From positions 8,885 to 72,884 of the forward strand of contig JANYDC010000015.1 of the NCBI GenBank assembly GCA_025359965.1: a DNA stretch of 64,000 nt, written 5' to 3'. Under the pieces are notes generated by a model that ran no database searches, was not told the DNA's origin, and saw nothing but the letters and a program-made list of their open reading frames with translations. The number at the start of each line of letters is the position of its first letter. Positions within the stretch are counted from its first letter, which is position 1. This document shows, one piece after another, positions 27,198-35,970 of this stretch. The position numbers and the translations under genes were made by a program. The stretch is from Pedosphaera sp. (GTDB lineage Bacteria > Verrucomicrobiota > Verrucomicrobiia > Limisphaerales > SXQI01).

Positions 27198-27932
27198 GTG
27201 ATTTCGATTTTACGGGCTGCTTTTAGAGGTGTAGTTTTCCTCGGTGTTTGCGCCGTGATGGGTGCGGATTATCTCCTTCGCACTCGGTGGCAAAAGGCCA
27301 GACCTTATCAGGCCCGCGCCCAATGGACCCAGCGGTGTGCCAAGGCGATGCTTTGGTCGATGGGAGCCAAGGTTCGATTTGAAGGCACTTTTCCTGAACG
27401 CGGTCTCCTTACTTGTAACCACGTCAGCTACCTCGATATCCCTGTTCTGGTGTCGATTCACCCGATGATCTTCGTTTCCAAGAGCGAGGTCAGAAACTGG
27501 CCCATCATCGGCTGGCTTACCCAATGCGCCGGAACCATTTACATAGTTCGCGAAGAAAAAAGGGAAGTCACCCGGGTTCCGAAGCAGTTCGGGCCGGTGT
27601 TGGACGAGGGATTGGTAGTGGGCATTTTCCCGGAAGGCACCAGTTCCGATGGCAGCACTGTGCTGCCTTTCAGATCGGCTCTTTTGGAGCCGGCGGCTCA
27701 GGCAGGTTGGGAAGTCACGCCCGGATGGATCAGTTATGAAGTCGAAGGAGGTGACTCCAAAATCGACGCGGCTTATTGGGGGGACATGACTTTTTTTCCT
27801 CATCTTCTTAAACTTTTCGGCAAACCCCAAGTGAGGGCCACCGTTCGCTTCGGGCAAAAACTTCCGCCCGGACTGGACCGCAAAGCCATGGCCAAACAAC
27901 TTCGCGACCAAATTCTGCAGATTTCTTCGTAG
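27198..27932 (+). CDS. olsA: Lysophospholipid (PlsC-family) acyltransferase, OlsA-like
   Basis: HX4D motif CNHVSYLD, FPEGTSSDG block, N-terminal TM helix. The GTG start abuts the olsB-like stop (TAAGTG). Confidence 0.78.
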   Translation: MISILRAAFRGVVFLGVCAVMGADYLLRTRWQKARPYQARAQWTQRCAKAMLWSMGAKVRFEGTFPERGLLTCNHVSYLDIPVLVSIHPMIFVSKSEVRNWPIIGWLTQCAGTIYIVREEKREVTRVPKQFGPVLDEGLVVGIFPEGTSSDGSTVLPFRSALLEPAAQAGWEVTPGWISYEVEGGDSKIDAAYWGDMTFFPHLLKLFGKPQVRATVRFGQKLPPGLDRKAMAKQLRDQILQISS

Positions 27933-27964
27933 CCCAAAATTCTCGGACTGCGGTCAGGGTTCGC

Positions 27965-30145
27965 TTGATTTCGAGCATCTCCGAATCTAACGTCCCCCTT
28001 ATGCGCCTCTGGCCATTAGTAGTTGTTGTGCTGATTGGGCTTCATTTTTCCGGATTGATTCCTGCAGCAGCTCCTTCGAAATCACGCAAGCCGGTCAGTG
28101 CACTCACCAATCAAACTAGTCTCACGGTCGAATCACTGGCGGCGCGGTTGCGTCCTTCGGTGGTTATTGTGCGGCAGCTTGGGCGGGATGGCTCGGTGGA
28201 TGGTGTGGGAGCCGGATTTGTTGTTCGCGCGGATGGAATTATTGCGACGTGTCTGCATGTGATTGGGGAGTCTCGTCGCGCTACGGTAGAGATGGCAGAC
28301 GGTCGCACCTTCGACATGGCTGGGCTTATCGCGTGGGATCGCAAGGCTGACCTGGCAATTTTTCGAGTGAACGCCACAGACCTCAAACCTCTTCCACTCG
28401 GAAGCACTGAGACTTTGGCGCAGGGAGCGAGCGTGGTCGCGATGGGCAATCCACAGGGGCTTACGCATAGCATTGTTGAGGGGGTGGTTTCGGCATTCCG
28501 GGAGGTGGATGGAATGCGCCTCATCCAGTTGGCCATCCCTATCGAGCCGGGCAACAGCGGTGGCCCGCTGGTGGATCGTCAAGGACGGGTACAAGGGGTG
28601 CTCAGCATGAAATCGGTGATCACGGACAATTTGGGGTTTGCCATTCCCGTGGGCTTGATTCAGTTAATGTTGGACCACCCCAATGCCGTTCCGTTGGATC
28701 GCTGGCTTGCGCTTGGAACACTTGATCCAAAATTATGGACCACGTCCATGGGGGCGCGGTGGCTCAAGCGGGGTGGGCGGCTCGAAGTAGATAGCCCTGG
28801 CACGGGATTTGGCGGACGCAGTCTTTGTCTTTCTTCTCAGGAGCTTCCTGCAGCCGAGTATGAAGTGTCAGTGCAAGTCCGACTTGATGATGAAGCCGGG
28901 GCGGCGGGACTTGCCTTCGCAGCGGATGGCAAGGACACGCACTATGGATTTTATCCCACCGCCGGACAGATGAGGCTGACTCGATTCGAGGGCCCTGACA
29001 TTTCCTCCTGGCAGATACTGGCTCAAACCAATACTAGCTCCTACCTGACTGGTCAGTGGAATCACCTGACTGTTCGGCTGACTCCTGAAAAAATGATCTG
29101 CTCGGTCAACGGCACAAAGGTTTTTGAAATGGAGGATGCCAAGTTAAGGGGAGGGCGAGTGGGGCTTGTGAAATTTCGCCAGACTCAGGCGGCGTTCTCG
29201 CGTTTCACACTGCGTCCTGCGAAGGAGGGTTCTCCTGAGGTTGCACAGGAAACCAGTGTCAGCCGCACGCTTTTGGCGCAGGCCAAAGAGTTGGAAAACC
29301 AAGCCATGCTTCTGCGCCGACAAGCCAGTGATCTGCATGTTCTCAGGGTGCAAGCCCGATTGGAAAGTTTGCTCAGCCAAACCAATTCAGCTGGCGGACT
29401 TTTCCAGGCCGCTTTGGAGCTTGCCCGGCTGGATAACGAGGAACTTGATCCCTCCACTTACCTTGAAGAGCTAAAGTCGATGAGTGAGGAGGCTAGATCG
29501 CAAATCACTGCATCATCCGGCGAGGAGGCCAGGCTGGGAGGATTGATTAGTTATTTTTTCCAGCAGGCCGGTTTTCACGGCAGCCGTTCAGACTACCAAA
29601 ATCGTGCTAACAGTTATATCAACGAGGTGATGGATTTTCATGAGGGATTGCCGATCACTCTTTCCGTGCTCTTTCTTGAGCTGGGCCGGCAGTTGGGCAT
29701 TCACAATCTCCATGGTGCGCCTCTTCCTGGTCGTTTCATGGTTGGTTTCACTCCTCCCAATGGCCCGGCGCGCTGGATTGATGTTTATGATGGTGGGAAG
29801 ATATTGAATCGTGACGAGGTCTTCCAACTGATTGACCGCGAGAGCGAGGTTCAGGCCGAGAATCGTCATTTTCAGCCCGCCTCGGATCGGGAAATCATTG
29901 TGCGGATGCTCCGCAATTTAGCGGGTAATTCCGGCAAGGAGCCGTCTGGCGACCGTGTGCTGCGATATTTGGACTGTATTCTCGCCATCGAGCCTGAGCG
30001 GGGGGGCGAACGCTGGCGTAGGGCTTTCGTCCGTTTTTCGCGCCGAGACATGGCCGGGGCCAAGGCGGATCTCCAATGGCTGCTCGATAAGAAACCCGAA
30101 GGAGTGGATCTTCAGCGCGTGGAGGAGTTCATGCGCTCCTTTTGA
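27965..30145 (+). CDS. Membrane-anchored or secreted fusion protein: trypsin-like serine protease, then a concanavalin/DUF1080-like jelly roll, a coiled coil, and a SirB1-like transglutaminase-core plus TPR module
   Basis: Protease triad context ATCLHV, RKADLAIF, GNSGGPLV. Jelly-roll-like block WLKRGGRLEVD...AGLAFAADGKDTHYGFY...WNHLTVRL...GRVGLVKF. C-terminal block YFFQQAGFHGSRSDYQNRANSYINEVMDFHEGLPITLSVLFLELGRQLG plus TPR-like helices, as in UPF0162/SirB1. The start could instead be the Met at 28001. Confidence 0.85.
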   Translation: MISSISESNVPLMRLWPLVVVVLIGLHFSGLIPAAAPSKSRKPVSALTNQTSLTVESLAARLRPSVVIVRQLGRDGSVDGVGAGFVVRADGIIATCLHVIGESRRATVEMADGRTFDMAGLIAWDRKADLAIFRVNATDLKPLPLGSTETLAQGASVVAMGNPQGLTHSIVEGVVSAFREVDGMRLIQLAIPIEPGNSGGPLVDRQGRVQGVLSMKSVITDNLGFAIPVGLIQLMLDHPNAVPLDRWLALGTLDPKLWTTSMGARWLKRGGRLEVDSPGTGFGGRSLCLSSQELPAAEYEVSVQVRLDDEAGAAGLAFAADGKDTHYGFYPTAGQMRLTRFEGPDISSWQILAQTNTSSYLTGQWNHLTVRLTPEKMICSVNGTKVFEMEDAKLRGGRVGLVKFRQTQAAFSRFTLRPAKEGSPEVAQETSVSRTLLAQAKELENQAMLLRRQASDLHVLRVQARLESLLSQTNSAGGLFQAALELARLDNEELDPSTYLEELKSMSEEARSQITASSGEEARLGGLISYFFQQAGFHGSRSDYQNRANSYINEVMDFHEGLPITLSVLFLELGRQLGIHNLHGAPLPGRFMVGFTPPNGPARWIDVYDGGKILNRDEVFQLIDRESEVQAENRHFQPASDREIIVRMLRNLAGNSGKEPSGDRVLRYLDCILAIEPERGGERWRRAFVRFSRRDMAGAKADLQWLLDKKPEGVDLQRVEEFMRSF

Positions 30146-30148
30146 GGA

Positions 30149-30628
30149 TCAATCCAAAAATCTGAGCTTCACCGGTTTCGTTGCCTTGGCGTTGGAACCA
30201 AAACTGTCCAACAAAGTCGTGGCAGGAGCAGCTTTCAAAACAGTTACGTGCGCGCCTGGAGCCAGTGCTGATCTGAGGGCTCCTTCCACCAATTGGCCGC
30301 AGTGGATTTTCATCGGGGGCAGGGGGCCCAGGTCTCGGGATAAATCCTCGCCCGAAAGCTGAAGAGCCTCCGCAACAGTTTTTCCGCGAATCATCTCAGT
30401 GGCCAGACTTGCGACGGCAATGGCGGTTTCGCACCCAAAAGTCTGAAAGCTGGCTCGGTCGATGACTTTGCGGCCGTTCTCCTCCCTGAACTTTACCCAC
30501 ATCCGTACCATGTCCCCACAGTTGGGGCTTCCGACCGAACCTTCGGCGTCGGCAGCTTCCATCGCTCCCATATTCTTAGGGTTGGCAATGGCATCGGCGA
30601 TTTTTTGTTGGAATGAGACCTGATCCAT
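30149..30628 (-). CDS. NifU/IscU-type Fe-S cluster scaffold protein
   Basis: Three scaffold cysteines in canonical contexts: GSPNCGDMV, FQTFGCETAIA, PMKIHCGQL. About 35 aa of C-terminal extension. Confidence 0.88.
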   Translation of the reverse strand: MDQVSFQQKIADAIANPKNMGAMEAADAEGSVGSPNCGDMVRMWVKFREENGRKVIDRASFQTFGCETAIAVASLATEMIRGKTVAEALQLSGEDLSRDLGPLPPMKIHCGQLVEGALRSALAPGAHVTVLKAAPATTLLDSFGSNAKATKPVKLRFLD

Positions 30629-30689
30629 TTGGAGAGACTACCTCAGCTTGGGTTGAAAGCCAAGGAAGGCATCTGTCAGGATGGGGAAG

Positions 30690-30765
30690 TGGTGGCTGGA
30701 CCCAGAATTGAACTGGGGACACAGCGATTTTCAATCGCTTGCTCTACCAACTGAGCTATCCAGCC
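30690..30765 (-). tRNA. tRNA-Phe (anticodon GAA), CCA encoded
   Basis: Hand-folded cloverleaf on the minus strand: GGCTGGA-TA-GCTC-AGTTGGTA-GAGC-A-AGCGA-TTGAAAA-TCGCT-GTGTC-CCCAG-TTCAATT-CTGGG-TCCAGCC-A-CCA. All four stems pair perfectly. Confidence 0.95.
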
Positions 30766-30929
30766 GCACCAAAAGAGGACTTGAAGTAAACGCAACCTGC
30801 CCTCTTGACGCAAGGTAAATTCCTGGAAATTTCTCAAACCGTGACGATAGCTTTTTTCTCGCAGCCGGCTTGACTTGGGCATAAGGTTTTTACCTTACCT
30901 GCGGAACTTAGGGGTCTGTCTGTGAAATC

Positions 30930-33900
30930 ATGATTTGGCTATTCATATTTGCGCTCATTGTAACGGCGGTGATCCAACGACGAAGGCTTTCGGAAGCCGA
31001 AAGGATGCTTCGAATTTTGGAACGCCGGGCATTGGATCATGAAACGCAACTGACTCTGCTTCGCAATCTGCAAGTATCTTCCCTGATTCAAACCCCTGTC
31101 GCCCATCCGCCAGAGGATGTTGCGTCGGTGGTGGGTGCGGAAATGATAGCAAGCCCTGATCTGATTGAGCACGTTGCCACGGTCAATATTCCTCCCATTC
31201 TCTCCACATCGTTTGAGCAGACTGTTCCGGAGGAGCTTCCTGTCCCGCCACCGTTGGCTCATGCTTTTGAAAATACGGGTGGCGGGTCAGGCATCAATTG
31301 GGAACGATTCCTCGGGGTCAATTTGTTTGCTTGGGTGGGCGGGTTGGCGCTCTTCCTGGGCATTGCATTTTTCATCAAGTATTCCTTTGAGAATAATTTG
31401 GTGAGTCCGCAAACCCGGATTGTTTGTGGTTATCTGTTTGCGCTGGGGTTGATGGGCGGAGGGCTTTGGTTATCGCGGGAACGCCATGCTGTCACCGTCC
31501 AAACGCTTTGCGCCACCGCAACGCTTATTCTGTACGCCAACACTTTTGCGGCGCACGCCTACTATAAGTTCATTGGTCCGACGCCAGCGTTTGGCTTGAT
31601 GACGCTGATTACTTTTACGGCGTTTCTGTTGGCGGTGCGGCTTGATGCCCAGGTGGTGGCGGTGCTGGGTCTGCTGGGTGGGTTTCTGACGCCGCCCATG
31701 CTTTCCACCGGTGTGGACAATCCCTTGGGCCTGTTTGGTTACCTTGCCCTGCTTGATGGCGGGCTTATTGCGGTGGCACTGCGCAAACGCTGGCATTATC
31801 TGGTCCTGCTGGCGGCTCTACTCACTATTGGAATGCAAATCGGCTGGCTGGGCCGGTTCTTCGAGGTGCAGAAAGTTTACACGGCAATGGAGGTTTTCCT
31901 GGGCTTTAGCCTGCTTTTTCTGGCGGCACCGGTGCTGCGTCGTAAGGAAGCTTTGTTGGACGGATTGTTGTCCGCCCCGGCCATTCTGATGCCTGCGACG
32001 GCGTTGGGTTTCGCTTGTTTCCTTGCTTTTCGGCCTTATGCCGAAATCGCCAGCCGAGCCGTTTTGATTCTTGGTTATGTCACCTTGGTGGATTTGTTTT
32101 TCGTTGCGCTCGCCTGGTTGAGGCTGGAGTTGCGCTCAATCGTTTTTGTGGCGGGTGGGTTTATTTTTTTATTCTTCGCAGCCTGGCTAAACCAATTTCT
32201 TCATGTGGAATCTCTCAACGTGGCTTTGGTTTTCGTACTGGTCTTTACTGTATTGCATTCGGTAATCCCCATCGTTCTTCATCGGTTAAAGCCTGCGCCG
32301 ATCACGGTTAATTGGCTTCATGCCGCTCCTTTGGCCGGACTGTTGCTCGTTCTCTTGTTTATTCTGAAATTACCCGCCATTTCATGGGTAATCTGGCCGG
32401 TGGTGCTTCTCATCGACGGGGTGGCGCTTTTGATGGCCATCGCCACAGCCGTGGTTTGGAGCATCCTTGGATCATTTGCCCTGACCCTGATCGTTGCTGC
32501 CATTTGGATCATGCGCATCCCGGCTGATGCCGCGCAGGTGCCATTACTGTTGGCGGTGGTCGGGGGATTTGCCCTGTTCTTTATTGTGGCGGGGGTTTTC
32601 AGCGCACGTCGTATTTTTACCAAGCAAAGCGAGTCGGGTCTCGATACTGCCCCGGCTGAGCCAATTCTCACTCCTGAGCTTTTCGGGCAAATCGGCTCGA
32701 TCGCGGCCGCTTTACCCTTCCTGCTCCTAAGTCTGGTGATAGTTCAAGTCCCTTTAATCAATCCATCGCCGGTGTTCGGTCTGGCTTTGTTGCTACTGGT
32801 TCTGCTGCTGGGTGTTTGCAAGATATATGGGGCTGATTTATTAGTGGTGTCGGGGTTGGCCTCGGTTTTGATCCTAGAACACACGTGGCATTTCATGCGG
32901 TTTCAGCCGCCGCAAATCATACTGGCCGCATCGTGGTATGTGGGCTTCGGATTTTTATTCCTCCTTTTTCCATTTTGTTTCCGCGCCAGGATGCAGGAGC
33001 GCCACTGGCCGTGGATCGCTGCTGCTATCAGTCTTCCGCTTCATTTTCTCCTTTTATACCACGGGCTCGCCAATGGGTTTCCTGAGTTCCCTTATAAAGG
33101 GCTGATTCCTGCAGTGCTGGCAATTCCATGCCTGGCTGGACTCATCGCAATTCTTCGCAAGCCAACGGAAGATCTTCCACGCCAGCAGACGCGGCTGGCT
33201 TTATTTGGCGGGGCCGCCCTTTTCTTTATCACCTTCATATTTCCCATACAGTTTGATCGTCAATGGATCACTATAGGTTGGGCTTTGGAAGGTGCTGCTT
33301 TGCTCTGGCTGTTCCATCGAGTGGCTCATCCTGGGTTGAGAATGGTCGGTTGCGGGCTGCTGATTGCCAGCTTTGCGAGACTGGCTCTCAATCCGTTTGT
33401 CATCACCGAGTATTCCCGCACTGGGCACCCTTTGTTGAACTGGTATTTGTACTCATATACACTGGTCGCCGGGAGCCTTTTTCTTGGGGCGCATCTGCTT
33501 GCTCCGCCCCGGGATCGAATTGATGACCTTCGTCTTCCGCCCTTGTTGTTCACTCTTGGGACGATACTCACTTTTCTTCTGGTTAACATCGAGATTGCGG
33601 ACTACTTCAGTCCAGCAGGGGAAAGGCTAACCTTTAATTTTTCGGGCAGATTTGATCAGGACATGGCTTACTCTCTTTCATGGGGAGTGTTTGCATTCAG
33701 TATGCTGATCATCGGATTTAAGTGGAAAAACACGCCTGTGCGTTTTTCGGGGATGGGTCTTTTAGTGGTCACGCTCCTCAAGCTGTTCCTGCATGACCTC
33801 TGGCGGTTGGGAGGCCTTTATCGCATCGGTTCCCTGATTGGTCTTGCTGTCCTATTGATGCTGATTTCCTTCATCTATCAGCGCTTCCTCTCCAGCCCTT

Positions 33901-33959
33901 CGGCGCCACCAGGCACGAGAACTGCCGAGCCTCCTGATTTCCCAACCTCCACCGAATAG
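30930..33959 (+). CDS. Giant polytopic membrane protein, DUF2339-like (1009 aa)
   Basis: One N-terminal TM helix and a charged coiled segment (RRRLSEAERMLRILERRALDHETQL). After INWERFLGVNLFAWVGGLALFLGIAFFIKYSF there are more than 20 hydrophobic helices. I recognise this as the DUF2339 pattern from memory; it has not been searched. Confidence 0.85.
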   Translation: MIWLFIFALIVTAVIQRRRLSEAERMLRILERRALDHETQLTLLRNLQVSSLIQTPVAHPPEDVASVVGAEMIASPDLIEHVATVNIPPILSTSFEQTVPEELPVPPPLAHAFENTGGGSGINWERFLGVNLFAWVGGLALFLGIAFFIKYSFENNLVSPQTRIVCGYLFALGLMGGGLWLSRERHAVTVQTLCATATLILYANTFAAHAYYKFIGPTPAFGLMTLITFTAFLLAVRLDAQVVAVLGLLGGFLTPPMLSTGVDNPLGLFGYLALLDGGLIAVALRKRWHYLVLLAALLTIGMQIGWLGRFFEVQKVYTAMEVFLGFSLLFLAAPVLRRKEALLDGLLSAPAILMPATALGFACFLAFRPYAEIASRAVLILGYVTLVDLFFVALAWLRLELRSIVFVAGGFIFLFFAAWLNQFLHVESLNVALVFVLVFTVLHSVIPIVLHRLKPAPITVNWLHAAPLAGLLLVLLFILKLPAISWVIWPVVLLIDGVALLMAIATAVVWSILGSFALTLIVAAIWIMRIPADAAQVPLLLAVVGGFALFFIVAGVFSARRIFTKQSESGLDTAPAEPILTPELFGQIGSIAAALPFLLLSLVIVQVPLINPSPVFGLALLLLVLLLGVCKIYGADLLVVSGLASVLILEHTWHFMRFQPPQIILAASWYVGFGFLFLLFPFCFRARMQERHWPWIAAAISLPLHFLLLYHGLANGFPEFPYKGLIPAVLAIPCLAGLIAILRKPTEDLPRQQTRLALFGGAALFFITFIFPIQFDRQWITIGWALEGAALLWLFHRVAHPGLRMVGCGLLIASFARLALNPFVITEYSRTGHPLLNWYLYSYTLVAGSLFLGAHLLAPPRDRIDDLRLPPLLFTLGTILTFLLVNIEIADYFSPAGERLTFNFSGRFDQDMAYSLSWGVFAFSMLIIGFKWKNTPVRFSGMGLLVVTLLKLFLHDLWRLGGLYRIGSLIGLAVLLMLISFIYQRFLSSPSAPPGTRTAEPPDFPTSTE

Positions 33960-33967
33960 AATAGAGA

Positions 33968-35926
33968 ATGACTCCATGGCGTTTTTATTTACTGCTGATT
34001 TCGGCAACATTCGCCTTTTCCGGGAATGGATTGGGCATGCCTGCCGAGTGGAAGTATTCGCAATCCTTTTCCGTGGGGCAAACCGGTTTGGTTAAGGTAG
34101 CCATTCCGCTTTCGACGCTAACCTCCTGCCGCCCGGGTTGGCCAGATTTGAGGCTTATTGAAGCTGCCTCAAATCAGGTGCCCTTCGTGATTGAACGGAA
34201 CGCCCCACCCGTCCCTTTTAGTGAATCGGCGTCTTTCTTTCAGAGCCGCATCGAAAACGAAACCACTGTGGTTCGCTTCGCGACGGAACGGCAGAATGCG
34301 CCTGAGGCAGTTGACCTCGAAACTCCGGAACCTCAGTTTCTCAAAGCCGTTCTGTTTGAAGCTTCCGCTGATGGGCGTCTCTGGCAGACCATTGCGCGCG
34401 GCGTTCCCTTGTTTGTGCGGGCCGGAGGGCAACGTCAGTTGCGTCTGCCTTTGCCTAATGGCCAGTGGCACCATTTTCGCCTCACGATTGATGACCGTCG
34501 CTCTGCGCCTATTCCATTTACGGGCGCGCGCCTTTATTTTGCCTCCGCCGTTGGCGTGCCCAGCGAGCCGCTTCCGGTTGAAATGCTCGAACGTACCGAG
34601 GAACCGGGGCGCACCCGCGTGAATCTTCGCTTGGGCGGAGCCAACCTCGTGCTCGACTCTCTAACCATCGAAACCCCGGAGCCGTTGTTTAGCCGCGCCG
34701 TTCTGCTCGCCAAACCATTTTTTACAGCGGGCGAAGCGCACGAAACGACCATCTCCAGTGGCCTCGTGTACCGCCTCGATTCGGGCACCAACCGAGCCGC
34801 CCCAAAGCTCAGCGTGGCGAACGGATTGACCGTGGATTCCCAGCAGCTTTCGCTTGTCATCGAGAACCTCGACAATCCGCCTCTTGCACTGGTGGGGCTC
34901 ACGGCACGATTTCGTACCGTTTACCTTGTTTTCAATGTCGCTACCCTTGGAGTCTATTCATTGCTGAGCGGAAATCCTGACTGCCCTGTTCCTCGATATG
35001 ACCTCGCCGAAATGCAAGGAGGATTGCGCGGGGCGTCGATTCTTCCAGTTGTTCCCGGGCCGTTGACTGAGAATCCCGCATACCAGCGCGTTGATAAATT
35101 GGCCATGATTGACGCCCTTGGCGCTCCAATGGATCCTGCCCTGTGGCATTTTCGCAAACTCATCCCTCTCGCAAGTGCTGGTGTTCACCAGGTCGAGTTG
35201 GATCTTGATGTTTTGGCCCATGCGTCTCAGGGGTTTGGCGATCTGCGCATCGTTCAGCAAGGTCTGCAAATTCCCTACATTCTTGATCGAACGCCCATCC
35301 TGCGCAGCGTGACCCCAACCGTCACGTTGGCTGATGAGCCCAAGCGCTCGAATGTCAGCCGCTGGAAACTGGCGATGACGAACGTCGGACCTTGGTTTTC
35401 TTCTTTGACGGCGACTTCCTCCACTCCCTACTTTCGGCGTGAAGTCCGAGTGACCGCAGCGCGAATCGATCAGTTCGGTAATAGTTATCAGGACACGCTT
35501 GGGTCCGTCATGTGGACTCGACTGCCTGAGGATAAGTCTGCACTGCTTCGCTTGAGTCTTTCCCCGACCACGGTTACCAATGCGGTTTTCCTCGAAATTG
35601 AGAATGGGGATAACCCCCCGCTTAAATTGGATGATATTCGGATGTGGTGGCAAACTTCTCGACTTGTGTTTAAGACCAAGCCTTCCGAAAGCCTCGCCCT
35701 TTACTATGGCAATCCCGAAGTTAATCCACCTCGATATGACCTTGACCTGCTTGGTCCAAGACTGATAGCTGCCGACAAAACATCGCCCCGCCTTTCCGCT
35801 GAAGAAATCCTTAAGCCCATTGCCAAATCGGAGGCTTTCAATCCCGCTGGCTGGCCGTTTTGGTCGGTGCTGGGTTTGGTTGTCGTTGCTTTGCTTGTCG
35901 TCATTTCGCGGCTCCTGCCCCGTTGA
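33968..35926 (+). CDS. Exported, C-terminally TM-anchored protein, DUF3999-like, with two homologous halves
   Basis: Starts 8 nt after the DUF2339-like gene. Signal-like N-terminus and a C-terminal helix WPFWSVLGLVVVALLVVISRLL. Internal repeat IENxDNPPLxL...LVF...GNPxxxxPRYDL occurs twice. The family call is from memory of the DLRLIEAASNQVPF type N-terminal motif. Confidence 0.8.
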   Translation: MTPWRFYLLLISATFAFSGNGLGMPAEWKYSQSFSVGQTGLVKVAIPLSTLTSCRPGWPDLRLIEAASNQVPFVIERNAPPVPFSESASFFQSRIENETTVVRFATERQNAPEAVDLETPEPQFLKAVLFEASADGRLWQTIARGVPLFVRAGGQRQLRLPLPNGQWHHFRLTIDDRRSAPIPFTGARLYFASAVGVPSEPLPVEMLERTEEPGRTRVNLRLGGANLVLDSLTIETPEPLFSRAVLLAKPFFTAGEAHETTISSGLVYRLDSGTNRAAPKLSVANGLTVDSQQLSLVIENLDNPPLALVGLTARFRTVYLVFNVATLGVYSLLSGNPDCPVPRYDLAEMQGGLRGASILPVVPGPLTENPAYQRVDKLAMIDALGAPMDPALWHFRKLIPLASAGVHQVELDLDVLAHASQGFGDLRIVQQGLQIPYILDRTPILRSVTPTVTLADEPKRSNVSRWKLAMTNVGPWFSSLTATSSTPYFRREVRVTAARIDQFGNSYQDTLGSVMWTRLPEDKSALLRLSLSPTTVTNAVFLEIENGDNPPLKLDDIRMWWQTSRLVFKTKPSESLALYYGNPEVNPPRYDLDLLGPRLIAADKTSPRLSAEEILKPIAKSEAFNPAGWPFWSVLGLVVVALLVVISRLLPR

Positions 35927-35939
35927 GCTTGCCCTCGTT

Positions 35940-35970
35940 CAACCGTTGGACTCAGCAGCGGTTGGTTTTT
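35940..35970 (+). terminator. Probable terminator of the DUF2339/DUF3999-like operon
   Basis: CAACCG(T) / (G)CGGTTG stem around an 11-13 nt loop, followed by GTTTTT (T-run 35966-35970). It sits 14 nt after the stop codon. Confidence 0.5.

Noticed and set aside
30676-30882. A 68-aa minus-strand ORF.
   Set aside because: It overlaps the perfectly folding tRNA-Phe (30690-30765), and its product has no protein-like features.
30690-35970. The idea that the DUF2339/DUF3999-like module is a tRNA-Phe-associated genomic island.
   Set aside because: The tRNA is on the minus strand, so its 3' end (the usual integration point) faces away from the module. I saw no integrase, no direct repeat of the tRNA 3' end and no obvious composition shift.
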